From assembly GCA_964479295.1 (NCBI GenBank), contig CAYZLN010000004.1, positions 1 through 24,253 of the forward strand: 24,253 bases of DNA, given 5' to 3'. Made by a program: the position numbers and the translations under genes. A model generated the notes under the pieces. The model was not told the origin of the DNA. It ran no database searches and saw only the letters and a list, made by a program, of their open reading frames with translations. The first letter of the stretch is position 1. Each line of letters begins with the position of its first letter. Shown here in pieces: positions 23,736 to 24,253 of this stretch. The stretch is from an uncultured Gemmatimonadota bacterium. Lineage in GTDB: Bacteria > Gemmatimonadota > Gemmatimonadetes > Palauibacterales > Palauibacteraceae.

Positions 23736-24253
23736 TCAGCCGTCCCCTCGGGCCTCCGCGTCCTTCACCCGGCGCCAGAGGCCCTCGAGCTCGTCGAGGG
23801 TGGCGCCCCGCAGGTCGAGGTCCTCCTCGTCCGCCCGGCGGACCAGGTCGCGGAAGCGGCGCTCGAACGTCCGCGTCGCCCTCTCCAGGGCCCGCATCGG
23901 GTGCACCGACGCGTGGCGGGCGACGGTCACGGCGGCCAGGAGGACGTCGCCCACCTCCTCCTCGAGCTCGTCGTCGGGGACGGGTCCGCCGGCCCGGCCG
24001 CCCGGGCCGGCGTCGTCCGCCCCGGACGCGTCGTCGTCGCGGCCCCCGCCGGCGTCGGCCCCGGACGGCGCGTCCGGGTCCCCCGTCGGCCCCCGTCGGT
24101 CCAGGGCCGCCTCCAGCTCGCCGACCTCCTCGCGGAGCTTCGCGAGGGCGTCGCCGGCGGAGGGCCACGCGAAGCCCAGCGCCGCGGCCCGCTGCTGGAC
24201 GCGCAGCGCCCGGCTGAGGGGCTCGAGGCCGGCGGCGGGGGCGTCCTCGGGCG
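23736..24253 (-). CDS. mazG: MazG-family nucleoside triphosphate pyrophosphohydrolase, C-terminal part (5' end outside window)
   Basis: Frame is open from the window edge: PLSRALRVQQRAAALGFAWP...KLREEVGEL...EEEVGDVLLAAVTVARH...ALERATRTFERRF...LDELEGLW, the MazG C-terminal domain pattern. Confidence 0.88.
   Translation of the reverse strand, partial: PEDAPAAGLEPLSRALRVQQRAAALGFAWPSAGDALAKLREEVGELEAALDRRGPTGDPDAPSGADAGGGRDDDASGADDAGPGGRAGGPVPDDELEEEVGDVLLAAVTVARHASVHPMRALERATRTFERRFRDLVRRADEEDLDLRGATLDELEGLWRRVKDAEARGDG
24006..24074 (-). repeat. Imperfect 27-bp direct repeat in the mazG loop insertion (24048-24074 and 24006-24032)
   Basis: Minus strand reads GACGCGCCGTCCGGGGCCGACGCCGGC (DAPSGADAG) and GACGCGTCCGGGGCGGACGACGCCGGC (DASGADDAG), 42 bp apart. 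Confidence 0.6.

Noticed and set aside
246-24217. Long + strand ORF-track entries that run across gene boundaries (246..1487, 2982..5405, 4655..6916, 7073..9454, 8449..10587, 9699..13154, 13170..14864, 14150..16078, 15328..17286) and 22217..24217
   Set aside because: Only their 3' parts match real proteins; the 5' parts are off-frame overlaps of upstream genes. 22217..24217 is an off-frame overlap of asnS with no motifs.
1-24253. CRISPR arrays, IS elements, integrases, tRNA or rRNA genes
   Set aside because: No regularly spaced repeats, terminal inverted repeats, transposase/integrase motifs or tRNA/rRNA signatures seen; nearly all sequence is explained by housekeeping CDSs.

Overview
Very GC-rich housekeeping region with no mobile element, CRISPR array or RNA gene that I can support. 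Positions 1-17286 hold a complete dcw (division and cell wall) operon on the + strand: sigma70-like promoter, four 10-bp-phased MraZ boxes, then mraZ-rsmH-ftsL-ftsI-murE-murF-mraY-murD-ftsW-murG-murC-murB-ftsQ-ftsA-ftsZ. Most junctions are ATGA/GTGA overlaps and there is no ddl. It is followed by a membrane-anchored MepM/ShyA/Csd3-type M23 peptidase, a short NG-only ftsY, recG, asnS with its own sigma70-like promoter and structured leader, and the 3' part of a convergent mazG-family gene cut by the window end. FtsZ termini (MVFEFE..., ...LEIPTFIRRQMD), the MraZ start (MSGFLG) and gene order suggest Gemmatimonadota (inference, not database-checked). No clearly new multi-gene system is evident. 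The best leads are a ~270-bp tract of anomalous codon usage inside rsmH, a possible translational switch in the asnS leader, an altered motif-2 loop in AsnRS, and the M23 gene lying in frame with ftsZ behind a single UGA. All counts are manual.
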